Part shown: in pieces, positions 1-9,923 of the stretch
Layout of the letters: every line of letters begins with the position of its first letter
Numbering within the stretch: the first letter of the stretch is position 1
Position numbers and translations under genes: made by a program
The notes under the pieces: generated by a model
The model's input: only the letters and a program-made list of their open reading frames with translations
Databases searched by the model: none
What the model was told of the DNA's origin: nothing
Assembly: GCF_001272835.1 (NCBI RefSeq)
Contig: NZ_CP010546.1
Location: 785,208-817,207 of the forward strand
Reading direction: 5' to 3'
DNA from: Mycoplasmoides pneumoniae FH
GTDB taxonomy: Bacteria; Bacillota_I; Bacilli_A; Mycoplasmatales; Mycoplasmoidaceae
Length of the DNA: 32,000 nucleotides

Positions 1-80
1 AATCTTATTTTTACCAATCAAGTCTCCTTTTAAAATAAAGCGGATAATTATACATTGCCGTTAGGTAGTTTTACCTAACT

Positions 81-1730
81 CTAAGAATAGCGCTCAATGA
101 ACTGGACAATCCGACTCTTATGTTTTTGAGCGAAGTATTTATCCATAAAGAAGTGGATGTGTACTTGGCCAATCAAAACGTTAATCAATCCAGCCAGAGC
201 AGCGTTAGCCGTTAATAACCAGATAAAGATTTCAATGTTTTTTGTTTGTAAGGTAATTGCTTGAAAGATAAACAACAAGGGTACAAAAACAATAACCCCT
301 TGCATTAAGGAAACTATTCACGAATACAACACCCGGTTGGTATTTTGGAAGTACTGTTGACTGGTAGCGCCAATGGCCACAAAGAACACTTGCGCTTGCA
401 CAATTAAGGAAAACTGATTAGCGAGCATTAAGGTAGCTGCACTTGTATCAAACAGGTGCACTAGGATTTCTTTGCCCAATCCAACTGCCAGAATTAAATA
501 CAGCAAAGCAGCAAATACCAAACACACTAACAACGTATAAACATTAATCCTTTTAATGTCAGCCAACTGGCCCTGACCAAACTTGTAGGATACCACTGTC
601 CGCACCCCTTGGAGAACACCAAAGATGGCGGCTGAAGTTAGGTTAGCAATTGCAATGGGTCCCGTTAGTAACACCAAGTAAAAGGTATCACTTTGGTCCG
701 TAAGCGTTTTGGTCAAATTCACCAAAAAGCTTTCGTAAAAGGTGTTGAGAATTGAGAGCGAACCATTACGGAAAAAGGAGGCTAACCCCACCATTGAAAT
801 GACCAAAAAGAGGTTAAAACTAACCCGTTTAAAGGAAAAGTCCCTCAACGAAAGGTAGGTTAAACCACGTTTATTTAAACTAATAAGGTACACCACATAA
901 GCCATAAAGGTAATGAAGTAAACCAAAATCGCAGCCACCGCGGAGCCCACAACCCCTAAAGTGGAAAAACGCACTAACAAGAAAACAAACAGGACGTTCA
1001 GTAAGTTCGATAAAGGAGGCACAATTGCAATAAACAGTTGCCGGCCCTCTGATTGGCCTAAGTAAAAAAACAAGCGGCTCAACATCGGTATGATGTTAAA
1101 GCCAATCAAAATGTAAACGTACTCTGAACCAATCGCAACCGCCTTTTCGTTAAAGAAGTGTTGAAACTGATCCGCTACTTGCACGTGGTGTTGTTCATCG
1201 ACTTTATCCAAGTTAAACTGCAACCACTCTTTGGCAATCGCTAGCACAATAATTTGGGTCACTAGGGCAAATAAGGTAGTGGAAACTAACCCGGTATTCC
1301 AAGCATCCTTAATCTTTTTCTCATCACCCTTACCAATGGTTTTGGAAAAGATCACCCCCGTACCCAACGGCACAAAGATGGTAATGGCGTTGAGAATGAC
1401 TACAATTGGCTGGCTAATATTTAAGACTGTTTTGACTAATTGACTAGCTGTTAGTTCCGTGTGGTTGGGAATGTCCCCACCCTTATAAAACGCGGATGCT
1501 TTAAATTCCTCAATTAAGGCCTGGTCAGTAAAGATTGAATCGGGATTAAGTGGTCCATGCGGGACAAACTTAATCACCATAATTTGGTCCACAAAGACAT
1601 AAGCAGCGGAAAACAGCGCAAAGAAAAAAGTCGGAATAGCAAAGCGCAAGATCGTTAGAAACAGTCTTTTCGATTCAAAGGATTTTTGGATGAGGACTTG
1701 CTTCGCTAGACGATCTTGTTGGCTATTCAC
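81..1730 (-). CDS. MATE-family multidrug/Na+ efflux-like membrane transporter, 549 aa
   Basis: Track ORFs 318..1730 and 81..305 are in frame and joined through a TGA (Trp) at 318-320. GTG start at 1730, TAG stop at 81. Multiple hydrophobic helices with a NorM/MATE-like pattern. Confidence 0.85.
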
Positions 1731-2186
1731 TTAGTTAGATTCCTTAAATAATTTGAGGTATTCACCATACCCCGCCGATTCCATTTCCGCAAACGGAATG
1801 AACTTTAGAGCAGCGGAGTTAATGCAGTAACGCAAACCACCATGCTCTTCGGGACCATCACGAAAGACGTGCCCTAGGTGGCTGTTGGAGTTTTTGGCGC
1901 GTACTTCGGTGCGGATCATCCCGTGTGATTCATCGCGGTAGTTAGCAATTAAGTCTTGACTAATTGGTTTGGTAAACGCTGGTCAACCACAACCGGATTT
2001 GAACTTATCAGTTGAGATAAACAACGGTTCACCGGACGTAATGTCAACGTAAATACCCTTTTCGTAATGGCGGTTATATTCATTAGTATAGGGCGGTTCG
2101 GTGTGTGCGTTTTGGGTAACGTCGTACTGTAGTTTAGTTAAGGTCCGCTTTAGTTCCCCGTCACTCTTTTTTTGGTACTTACTCAT
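1731..2186 (-). CDS. msrB: Peptide-methionine (R)-S-oxide reductase MsrB, 151 aa
   Basis: Pieces 1731..1919 and 1983..2186 are in frame across TGA=Trp. Motifs [25 protein letters not shown] and [16 protein letters not shown]. Confidence 0.95.
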
Positions 2187-2854
2187 GCACTGAATTTTTC
2201 ACTATTATTTAAGTAAACATCAAGGAAACTTTTGCCTATTTTGATGTGCGACTTAATTTCAATTATACCCTGATTTTTAGGTTTTAAATGGAGCTCTTTT
2301 TCCGAACAGAGCATTCCCATGGAATCATACCCCGCAATTTTAGCCTTCTTGATAATCGTGCCATCAGGTAAAACACCACCAACATGGACTAAAACAGTTT
2401 TAAGGCCAACCCGAACATTATCCGCCCCACACACGACATCCAAGGACTTATTGGAACCAGTGTTGACCTTACACCTTTTCAAATGAGTGTTGGGAATCGG
2501 AATGGCCGAAATGACCTCACAAACCACAAAGGGTACCTTTTTGGCTAAGGGTGTTAAATCATAGTTCAACAGCTCACTAATCTTTTTGACCAACTTCAAA
2601 GAAGGGTAATTCAACCCTGCGGTAAAGTGATGGGAAATTAATCCCCTGCGAAAGCTCTTTTTAATGTCAAAGAAGTTAAACCCAGCAATCTCATTGGCTT
2701 CATTGACAAAGAAGCTAAAGTTCTGGTTCTTTTCTTGGCGCAAAGTAGCTTGCGTGCGGCTACCAATTAAACCAAACATACAGTTCTTAAGTGTTTTCTT
2801 GGGACAAAAAATGGTGATAAAGTCCTGAGAAATATCAAAAAAACCGTAACGCAT
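2150..2854 (-). CDS. YtpR-like tRNA-binding (EMAP/OB-fold) domain protein, 234 aa
   Basis: Track ORF 2183..2854 ends on TGA. With UGA=Trp it continues to TAA at 2150-2152. Motifs [58 protein letters not shown]. Confidence 0.8.
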
Positions 2855-2860
2855 TGTTAA

Positions 2861-3733
2861 CTATTCGCCTTGCAGCACAATTACATAGCTGTTCAATCCC
2901 GTGTGGGTACAAATGACCGGGGACAGTAAGCTCTGTTCTATATTAATGGAATGATCCAACAGTTTATCAAACTCTTGGACTAAATTAGTGTTGGTCTGTT
3001 CGTCAAAGACGGTGGTAAGAAAGGCACCCCGTTTCAGTTTAGCGGAGTGTTTTAACAGCTGTTTCTTTAAAAACTTGACTGCTAGCTTATGCGCATCATG
3101 AGTCGAACGCGCTTTATCAAAGAACTGTAACTTACCATTTTCACCTAAAAAACTAATCAGTAAGTGAAACTTTAAGCTCTTGATAATAAAGGATTTAAGA
3201 TTGGAAAGCCGCCCGCCTGCCACTAGTGGTTTGGTATCAGTGACAAACAACACTGCGGCCGTTTTCTTGCGGTACTGCTCCACAAAGCGATCCAAGCCTT
3301 CCCTGGAATAAGGATTGGTATTCAACCAACCCTTAATGTCATTGATTAGCCAATCAATGATCATTTCCACCGCTCTGGCATCCAATACATGGAACTTCGA
3401 AGCGTAATCCTTTTCAACTAACTTCCAGTTCGCGTACGAAGCGGAGATTTCCTTATCAATCGGAATGCCGATAATCAGGTCATACTGCTCCACTAGTTCA
3501 CTCACCTTAGCGCGCACTATTTCTTCAGTAGTTTGCGATGTGGAGAACTTCACTCCCTTCGGAGCGTTAGCCATCTTGTCCGTGAGGGTTTTTAAATCAA
3601 TGTCAAACCCCGAACTAAAGGTGGTTTCAGCTTCAGGAGTTGATTCAATGATGAAAAGCGGTAGCACATACAGATGTTGTGCCTGGCTTTCCTTGAGGTT
3701 ACTAACAGAGTCAACTAAGAATGCGACTCTCAC
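2861..3733 (-). CDS. DegV-family fatty-acid-binding protein, 290 aa
   Basis: [24 protein letters not shown] and [13 protein letters not shown] match the DegV pattern. GTG start overlaps the tuf stop. Confidence 0.85.
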   Translation of the reverse strand: MRVAFLVDSVSNLKESQAQHLYVLPLFIIESTPEAETTFSSGFDIDLKTLTDKMANAPKGVKFSTSQTTEEIVRAKVSELVEQYDLIIGIPIDKEISASYANWKLVEKDYASKFHVLDARAVEMIIDWLINDIKGWLNTNPYSREGLDRFVEQYRKKTAAVLFVTDTKPLVAGGRLSNLKSFIIKSLKFHLLISFLGENGKLQFFDKARSTHDAHKLAVKFLKKQLLKHSAKLKRGAFLTTVFDEQTNTNLVQEFDKLLDHSINIEQSLLSPVICTHTGLNSYVIVLQGE

Positions 3734-4917
3734 TATTCAAGCACTTCCGTGACTGAACCAGCACCAACCGTTCGACCACCTTCACGGATGGAGAACTTAC
3801 TACCTTTTTCACAAGCAATTGGTGCAATTAGTTCAACTGTAATCGAGGTATTGTCACCTGGTAGCACCATTTCGGTGTTTTCTGGTAGGGAAATCGAACC
3901 AGTAACGTCTGTAGTACGGAAGTAGAATTGGGGACGGTAACCGTTTAAGAAACCGGTGTGACGACCACCTTCTTCCTTCTTTAAAGCATAGATTTCCGCT
4001 TTAAATTTCTTGTGCGGTTTAATCGAACCTGGTTTAGCTAACACTTGACCACGTTCCACTTCTTTACGGTCCACACCACGGAGTAATACCCCAGCGTTGT
4101 CCCCAGCCATTGCTGAATCAAGTTCCTTTTTGAACATTTCGATTCCGGTAACAACTGCTTTACGGATTGGACGTAAACCAACGATTTCAATTTCTTGACC
4201 TACTTTCAATTCACCACGTTCAACCCGACCGGTAACCACGGTACCACGGCCAGTAATCGTCATGGTGTCTTCGATTGCCAACAAGAAGGGTTTGTCCACT
4301 TCACGTTCAGGAGTTGGAATCCATTCATCAACTGCATTCATTAAATCATGGATCTTAGCTTCCCACTTAGGATCACCTTCAAGCGCTTTAAGTGCAGAAC
4401 CATAAATAATAGGGGTGTTCTTGCCATCAAAGCCGTAAGAAGTTAATAAGTCACGTACCTCTTCTGCTACTAACTCTTGCACTTCTTCATCAGTTGCAAT
4501 GTCACACTTGTTTAGGAACACTACCATGCGTGGCACACCCACTTGGCGGGCCAACAAAATGTGTTCACGGGTTTGGGGCATAACACTGTCAGTTGCTGAA
4601 ACTACTAGAATGGCACCATCCATTTGTGCAGCACCAGTAATCATGTTCTTAATGTAGTCAGCGTGTCCTGGACAGTCAACGTGAGCATAGTGACGCTTGT
4701 CAGAGGAGTACTCCACGTGAGCGGAGTTAATCGTAATTCCCCGTGCTTTTTCTTCCGGAGCCTTATCGATTTGGTCGTAACGAGTAGCAGCTGATTTACC
4801 TTCTTTTGCTAATACAGTACAAATAGCTGCTGTTAAAGTTGTTTTACCGTGGTCAATGTGGCCAATAGTACCTACATTAACGTGGGGTTTAGATCGGTCA
4901 AATTTCTCTCTTGCCAT
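3733..4917 (-). CDS. tuf: Elongation factor Tu, 394 aa
   Basis: [40 protein letters not shown] and NKCD motifs, full length. Confidence 0.99.
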
Positions 4918-4950
4918 GTGTTTGAATTACGTCTCTAATTTTACATAAGT

Positions 4951-4980
4951 TTGAGATAAAGCTGTAGAGAGGCTTATAAT
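4951..4980 (+). promoter_or_regulatory. Predicted sigma70-type promoter for the 5002..5757 gene (TTGAGA, 18 nt spacer, TATAAT)
   Basis: TTGAGA at 4951-4956 and a perfect TATAAT at 4975-4980, with the ATG 21 nt downstream. Confidence 0.6.
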
Positions 4981-5001
4981 TCTTGGAGTAGTGTAATTCA
5001 T

Positions 5002-5757
5002 ATGGAGCAAAATAATTGCAAAATCAGAACTTGATTTGCCAAACTGGCGTTAGCACAAAAGGTCTTCTTGGGGGTAATTCCCTTATTTTTTATTTGTTTT
5101 GTTTTTGTAATTGCTGACATTGTCATCAGTTTGCAAAATAAAGGCCACATTATAGAAGAGATAGATAAGTTTACTAACCAGAGCAATGTTATGTTGCTCA
5201 TTTATGCATGTTGGTATGTAAGCAAACCAAAGAGCCATTATCTCAAGAACCAGCAGTTCTTTTTGAGTGCCTTTGCTTACATCATCTTTACTTTTTTAGG
5301 CTACAACGTCATTTTGGCGGCTTCACAACAAGCTTACAGTGATAAGGATGCTTATTCCTTGGCAAGTTCTGTCTTTCTCCATGTGTTGGCACCAATTGCT
5401 TTCTTGGTTGCAGGTATAGTTAAGATGAAAACGGACAAGGATGTAACCTTTAATCATTTTTGAAAAAGTTTGGGTTACTTCATGATCTATCCCTTAGTGT
5501 ATGGGTTGTACTTAGCGACCATTCCTTATGTAAGGGGTCATTATGTGAGTGATGATGGTAAGTCTACTACCTATGTGGTTTATGGGGAGATTACCAACAC
5601 CAAGGATAACCCGATCGTCGCTTGACCAGTAGTAATTTGTTTCCTTTTCATTTACTTTCCCTTGAGCTTCTTAGCGGTTTATGCCTTGCAATGTAAGTTA
5701 TTGAATAGACCTCTAAAAGCACAATTTAAGTGTGCAACCAATAAATGCCCAAAATAA
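5002..5757 (+). CDS. Multi-pass membrane protein of unknown function, 251 aa
   Basis: Track ORF 5068..5463 extends upstream through a TGA to ATG (MEQNNCKIRTWFAKLALAQKVFLGVIPLFF...) and downstream through TGA 5461-5463 and a second TGA to TAA 5755-5757. Several hydrophobic segments. Confidence 0.85.
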
Positions 5758-6620
5758 GAAAAGCCGTTATTCCCGCAGCCGGACTGGGTACCAGATTACT
5801 CCCAGCCACTAAGGCCATTCCCAAAGAGATGTTGCCCTTAGTCAATAAACCCACAATTCAGTACATTGTGGAAGAAGCAGTAGCGAGTGGCATTAAGGAA
5901 ATCCTAGTAATTGTGTCTTCTAAAAAGGAAGCGATTATTGACCACTTTGACTATGACTTTATCTTGGAAAATGCTTTACTCCAAAAGCACAAAGATCAAG
6001 AACACCAAGAAATTAAGGATATTGCCAACTTAGCGCACATTTACTTTGTCCGCCAAAAACACCAACACGGTTTAGGAGATGCCATTTTGCACGCCAAGTC
6101 GTTTGTTGGTAACGAAGACTTTGCCGTCCTTTTAGGTGATGATGTCGTGTTTGGTGAACAACCGGCATTAGCACAATGTATTCAAGCTTATGAACAAACA
6201 GATTGTCAGGTAATAGGCGTGCAAGAAGTGCCCCATGACCAGGTCAACAAGTATGGCATAGTAACCCCTGAAGCTAATTGACAAAAACAAGCGTTAGTCA
6301 AAATTTTGGGCATGGTGGAAAAACCAGCTGTCAACGAAGCCAAGAGCAACCTAGCCATTTTGAGCCGTTACATCCTTAAACCCAGTATTTTTACAGCTCT
6401 TAAACAAGTACCGTTTGGTGTTGGAGGTGAGTTACAGTTGACTGATGGGTTGAACTATTGTTTACAGCAAGGGGAACCCTTCTTTGCCAAGCACTTTGGT
6501 GGTACCCGGTTTGATGTCGGTACTAAAAATGGTTTTATTAAAGCGAACCTGTACACGGCTTTAAAAACCGATGCCATTACTAAGGATGAAGTCTTGGCCA
6601 TCCTCAAGGAATTTGTTTAA
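5745..6620 (+). CDS. galU: UTP--glucose-1-phosphate uridylyltransferase, 291 aa
   Basis: KAVIPAAGLGTRLLPATKAIPKEMLPLVNKPTIQY. Pieces 5745..6281 and 6306..6620 are in frame across TGA=Trp. ATG overlaps the end of the preceding gene. Confidence 0.97.
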
Positions 6621-6629
6621 ACAATTTGC

Positions 6630-7052
6630 TTAAAGCTTGGCACCGTTCAAGGTTAAACCCAAGAAGTTTTCTGGTTTAATTAAACGGCTAAACGGACACA
6701 TGGCATGCGCTGCCGTAATGACTGTTTGCGCTGTGGTTTGGTCCACGCCCGTAATCGCTAATTCAACACCGGCTTTAATGTGGAACAGACCGTCCTGGTC
6801 ATGCAGTTCGACACTAACACCCACAATAGGTTGAGTAGCTAATTGCAGTTGGTGCTGTTGTAAAACCACACGCACAGCTTGCGAAAAACAACCAGCATAA
6901 GCTGAAGCAAACAGCTGTTCGGGGTTGTTTTTGTCCTGGTGAGTAGCACCAGGTTTAGGAAATGCTAAACTAACGGTAAAACCATCAACGGTTTGGACAA
7001 CGCCTTCCCTGCCGGCGCTAGCGTGTGCTGTTGTTTTGTAAATTACTGCCAT
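6630..7052 (-). CDS. OsmC/Ohr-family organic hydroperoxide reductase, 140 aa
   Basis: GREGVVQTVDG, NPEQLFASAYAGCFSQAV and AHAMCPFSRL, with the two redox Cys typical of OsmC/Ohr proteins. Confidence 0.92.
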   Translation of the reverse strand: MAVIYKTTAHASAGREGVVQTVDGFTVSLAFPKPGATHQDKNNPEQLFASAYAGCFSQAVRVVLQQHQLQLATQPIVGVSVELHDQDGLFHIKAGVELAITGVDQTTAQTVITAAHAMCPFSRLIKPENFLGLTLNGAKL

Positions 7053-7060
7053 TGTTACTG

Positions 7061-7070
7061 ATATTATATT
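7061..7070. promoter_or_regulatory. Candidate shared divergent -10 region for osmC (-) and tyrS (+)
   Basis: Intergenic gap is 25 bp (7053-7077). ATATTATATT gives TATAAT on the minus strand (7063-7068) and TATTAT/TATATT on the plus strand. Confidence 0.45.
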
Positions 7071-7077
7071 TAGAAAG

Positions 7078-8277
7078 ATGACAAAAGATCTCCTAGCACT
7101 TTTAAAAGAACGGGGCTTATTTGTACAAGCTAACTTTGAAAAGGAATTAAAGCAATTATTAAACCAAGGATCATTTGCTTTCTATGTTGGCTTTGACCCC
7201 ACAGCACCCTCACTCCATATTGGCAACTATGTGCTGCTCCATGTAGCACAAATCTTCCAAGCAATGGGTCATATTCCCCACGTCTTGTTGGGTAGTGGGA
7301 CGGCTTTAATAGGTGATCCTACTGGCAGAATGGAACTGCGCCAGATGATGAGTCGTGAAACAATTGCCGAAAATACGCGCAACATTAAAAAACAAATTAG
7401 GCGCTTTTTGGGTAGTAATGTAGTGTTTTGCCAAAACGAGACCTGGTTAAAGAAACTCAATTACATTGAGGTCATCAGGGAATTGGGACCCTGCTTTTCG
7501 GTCAACAAGATGTTAGCGACCGATGCCTTTAGTGCTCGTTGGGAACGCGGTTTAACGTTGATGGAATTGAACTACATGGTATTACAGGCCTATGACTTCT
7601 ATTATTTAAACCAAAAGTATGGGGTGCAACTGCAAATAGGGGGCAGTGACCAGTGGGCTAATATCCTAGCGGGGGCTGATTTAATTAGACGCAAAACCCA
7701 AAAACAGGTGTACGGCATGACCACTAACTTATTAGTGAAAGCTAATGGGGAAAAGATGGGTAAGAGTGCTAGTGGAGCTTTATGGTTAGATCCACAAAAG
7801 ACCAGTCCGTATGACTTCTACCAGTATTGGATTAACCTTGATGATGCTAGTTTGCAAAAGGTTTTCCTTATGCTCACTAAATTAGATACCAAGGCAATTG
7901 AAACCCTCTGCAACTTGAAGGGCGCTGCCATTAAGGAGGCCAAGGCAAAACTAGCCTTCGAGTTAACTGACGCTATTCATGGTACCAAGGCAGCTTTAGC
8001 CGCCCAAGCGAAAAGTGCCCGAATCTTTGCCTTTCAACCTGATACTGAAACCAAAACCGTGCGAGCTGGCACCAGGTTAGTGGATGTGATTGTTGATTTA
8101 GGTTTAGTTGTATCCAGATCAGAAGCGCGCCGGGTGATTCAGCAAGGTGGTTTAACGATTAACCAAGAAAAAGTGACTGATGTGGAAATGGTCCTACAAG
8201 CGAGTTCCCAACCACTAGTGATTGGTAAGGGCAAAAAGCGTTTTGTAACGGTGCAAGTGATAGCTAACACCAAATAA
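7078..8277 (+). CDS. tyrS: Tyrosyl-tRNA synthetase, 399 aa
   Basis: FYVGFDPTAPSLHIGN, GGSDQWANI, KMGKSASGALW, and a C-terminal S4-like domain (SRSEARRVIQQGGLTIN). Confidence 0.98.
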   Translation: MTKDLLALLKERGLFVQANFEKELKQLLNQGSFAFYVGFDPTAPSLHIGNYVLLHVAQIFQAMGHIPHVLLGSGTALIGDPTGRMELRQMMSRETIAENTRNIKKQIRRFLGSNVVFCQNETWLKKLNYIEVIRELGPCFSVNKMLATDAFSARWERGLTLMELNYMVLQAYDFYYLNQKYGVQLQIGGSDQWANILAGADLIRRKTQKQVYGMTTNLLVKANGEKMGKSASGALWLDPQKTSPYDFYQYWINLDDASLQKVFLMLTKLDTKAIETLCNLKGAAIKEAKAKLAFELTDAIHGTKAALAAQAKSARIFAFQPDTETKTVRAGTRLVDVIVDLGLVVSRSEARRVIQQGGLTINQEKVTDVEMVLQASSQPLVIGKGKKRFVTVQVIANTK

Positions 8278-8280
8278 AAA

Positions 8281-8304
8281 ACCATCTTTGAGAGTGGTCT
8301 TTTA
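8281..8304. terminator. Weak hairpin between convergent tyrS and the 8317..9354 gene
   Basis: ACCATCT-TTG-AGA(g)TGGT followed by CTTTT, with an A-rich 5' flank, so it could serve both strands. One bulge. Confidence 0.4.
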
Positions 8305-8316
8305 ATGAACTTAGTG

Positions 8317-9354
8317 TTATTTCTTAGCCTTCTTCGCTTTAACTGGTTTGCGCTTGGAATTGGTTGTGGGTTCAGTAACTTCAGCCACAACTGTTGTTTC
8401 TGTTGCACTGGTAGTTTCAGCGTTGTTGAAATCACCAATGAGTTTGGTCTTTAACAGTTCCACTACCTTATGGAATGAATCTAAGGTAGCAGCGTCATAA
8501 CCAGCTTGACGGGTAATATTGAGTTCTAAATCACCCACAGCTTCCTCCATTCTTAAAGAAGTATCCATGAAGGTAATCGGTACACTCATCATGAGGTAAG
8601 TGTGTGTGGTATTGTTGTAAACGTTAAAGTTAGCATACACATTAACCGGGTTAAACAACACCTGCTTTATCATCTCCTTATCTAACTGATTAAAGTTAAA
8701 ACTAGCGTCTTTTTCAGTGTAGAGCAAAACGTTGTTCTGGCGGTTACTTTCAGTTAAAGATTCGTAAAAACCAGTGTTAATTAAGGGGAAATCGCTTTTA
8801 GTTAAGAACCAGTGTTGGTCACTAACAGCATCAATAATAGCGACTAAGCAAGCCACCTTTTCATTTTTGGAAGTACTTCTCTTAATGGCACTTAACTTAG
8901 CAAAGTTAAGCGTTTGACCATTCTTGTACTGTACCTTAAATTGCTTGGGAACTAACTCAAAGTTATAGATGGTAGCAGGGTAAAAAGTCGGTAGAATATC
9001 CGCACTAATTGGACCTTTTTCAAACAATTCAAATTGCTCAAACTGCTTGTTGTTTGCCATCTTTTGTAACCACAAATCAGTACGATCTTGACGGTTGACC
9101 AAATGAATTAACTGACTGCGTTTGTACAAAGCTACAAAGTTAATCACAAAGCTCAACAGCAAGGTAAACCCGCCTAAGGCAATTAGGAAAAGAGCTGCCA
9201 CTTTAGGAACAATTGAACCCTGACCAACATAGCTGTAAATCCCTAAAGAAAGGGCAATTAAAGCAAAGACACCACAAAAACCAACAACTCTTGTAAATTT
9301 ATTGAACTTTTCAGGTGTTAAAAAGAACTTTTGAAAACGAGTTAGCTCTGGCAT
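8317..9354 (-). CDS. Mycoplasma-type membrane protein of unknown function, 345 aa
   Basis: Track ORF 8317..9468. The ATG at 9354 (MPELTRFQKFFLTPEKFNKFTRVVGFCGVFAL...) is the likelier start. Two predicted TM helices and a Lys-rich C-terminus. Confidence 0.75.
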   Translation of the reverse strand: MPELTRFQKFFLTPEKFNKFTRVVGFCGVFALIALSLGIYSYVGQGSIVPKVAALFLIALGGFTLLLSFVINFVALYKRSQLIHLVNRQDRTDLWLQKMANNKQFEQFELFEKGPISADILPTFYPATIYNFELVPKQFKVQYKNGQTLNFAKLSAIKRSTSKNEKVACLVAIIDAVSDQHWFLTKSDFPLINTGFYESLTESNRQNNVLLYTEKDASFNFNQLDKEMIKQVLFNPVNVYANFNVYNNTTHTYLMMSVPITFMDTSLRMEEAVGDLELNITRQAGYDAATLDSFHKVVELLKTKLIGDFNNAETTSATETTVVAEVTEPTTNSKRKPVKAKKAKK

Positions 9355-9923
9355 GCGTATATAAAAGATTGTAAGAAAAGATAAGTTAAACACAACGCTG
9401 GAGTTGTTTGCCCTACAGAACGTTTCCCTAAAAACTGCGCCTTGCCAAACTGCGCCCGGGTTTGACAAAGCCGTTCATACAGTTCAACTAACACCCCATC
9501 GAGCTGCTTGTACTGCCTTTTGGTGCGGTTTACTAATTGCAAGAAGCTTTTACAAAAGTAATACAACAAATCCCACACCCGTTTGTGACCTAAAGTAATT
9601 GCTTTAGTTTGTATCAATTTTTCGGTGTGTTTAACAAGGGTTTTCACCACGGTAATCACATCCTTGTTTTCTTCTAACAACAGGTATTCTACAGCCTCCC
9701 ACCAAGTTAGCACAGCATTGGTTTCACAACCCAACAAGTTGGAGTGTTGCTTTAAGACTGCAATAAAGTTTTGCGGGGTTTTACCAACATCGTTGAGGGT
9801 GGTAAAACACTGAAAGCTATAGGTGCCCAAATCGGGTTGCAAGTGGTTGAGCTGCTTTTGCAAGTGCGCGAGGTTAACTAGGAGCTGATCGACAAAACTA
9901 GCAAACTTAACTGTTTGTTTCAC
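9342..9923 (-). CDS. Hypothetical helical protein, 193 aa
   Basis: Open frame with ATG 9923 and TAA 9342-9344. Overlaps both neighbours by 13-17 nt in a co-directional cluster. Confidence 0.7.
   Translation of the reverse strand: MKQTVKFASFVDQLLVNLAHLQKQLNHLQPDLGTYSFQCFTTLNDVGKTPQNFIAVLKQHSNLLGCETNAVLTWWEAVEYLLLEENKDVITVVKTLVKHTEKLIQTKAITLGHKRVWDLLYYFCKSFLQLVNRTKRQYKQLDGVLVELYERLCQTRAQFGKAQFLGKRSVGQTTPALCLTYLFLQSFIYACQS

Noticed and set aside
81-305. Separate 74-aa ORF at the window start
   Set aside because: In frame with 318..1730 across a single TGA; it is the C-terminus of the MATE transporter.
1231-1443. Plus-strand ORF inside the MATE gene
   Set aside because: Antisense shadow ORF with no recognisable motif.
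3465-3752. Plus-strand ORF inside degV/tuf end
   Set aside because: Antisense to well-supported genes; Ser/Cys-rich composition typical of shadow frames.
4998-5201. Minus-strand 67-aa ORF upstream of tuf
   Set aside because: Antisense to the 5002..5757 membrane-protein gene; its composition reflects the complement of hydrophobic codons.
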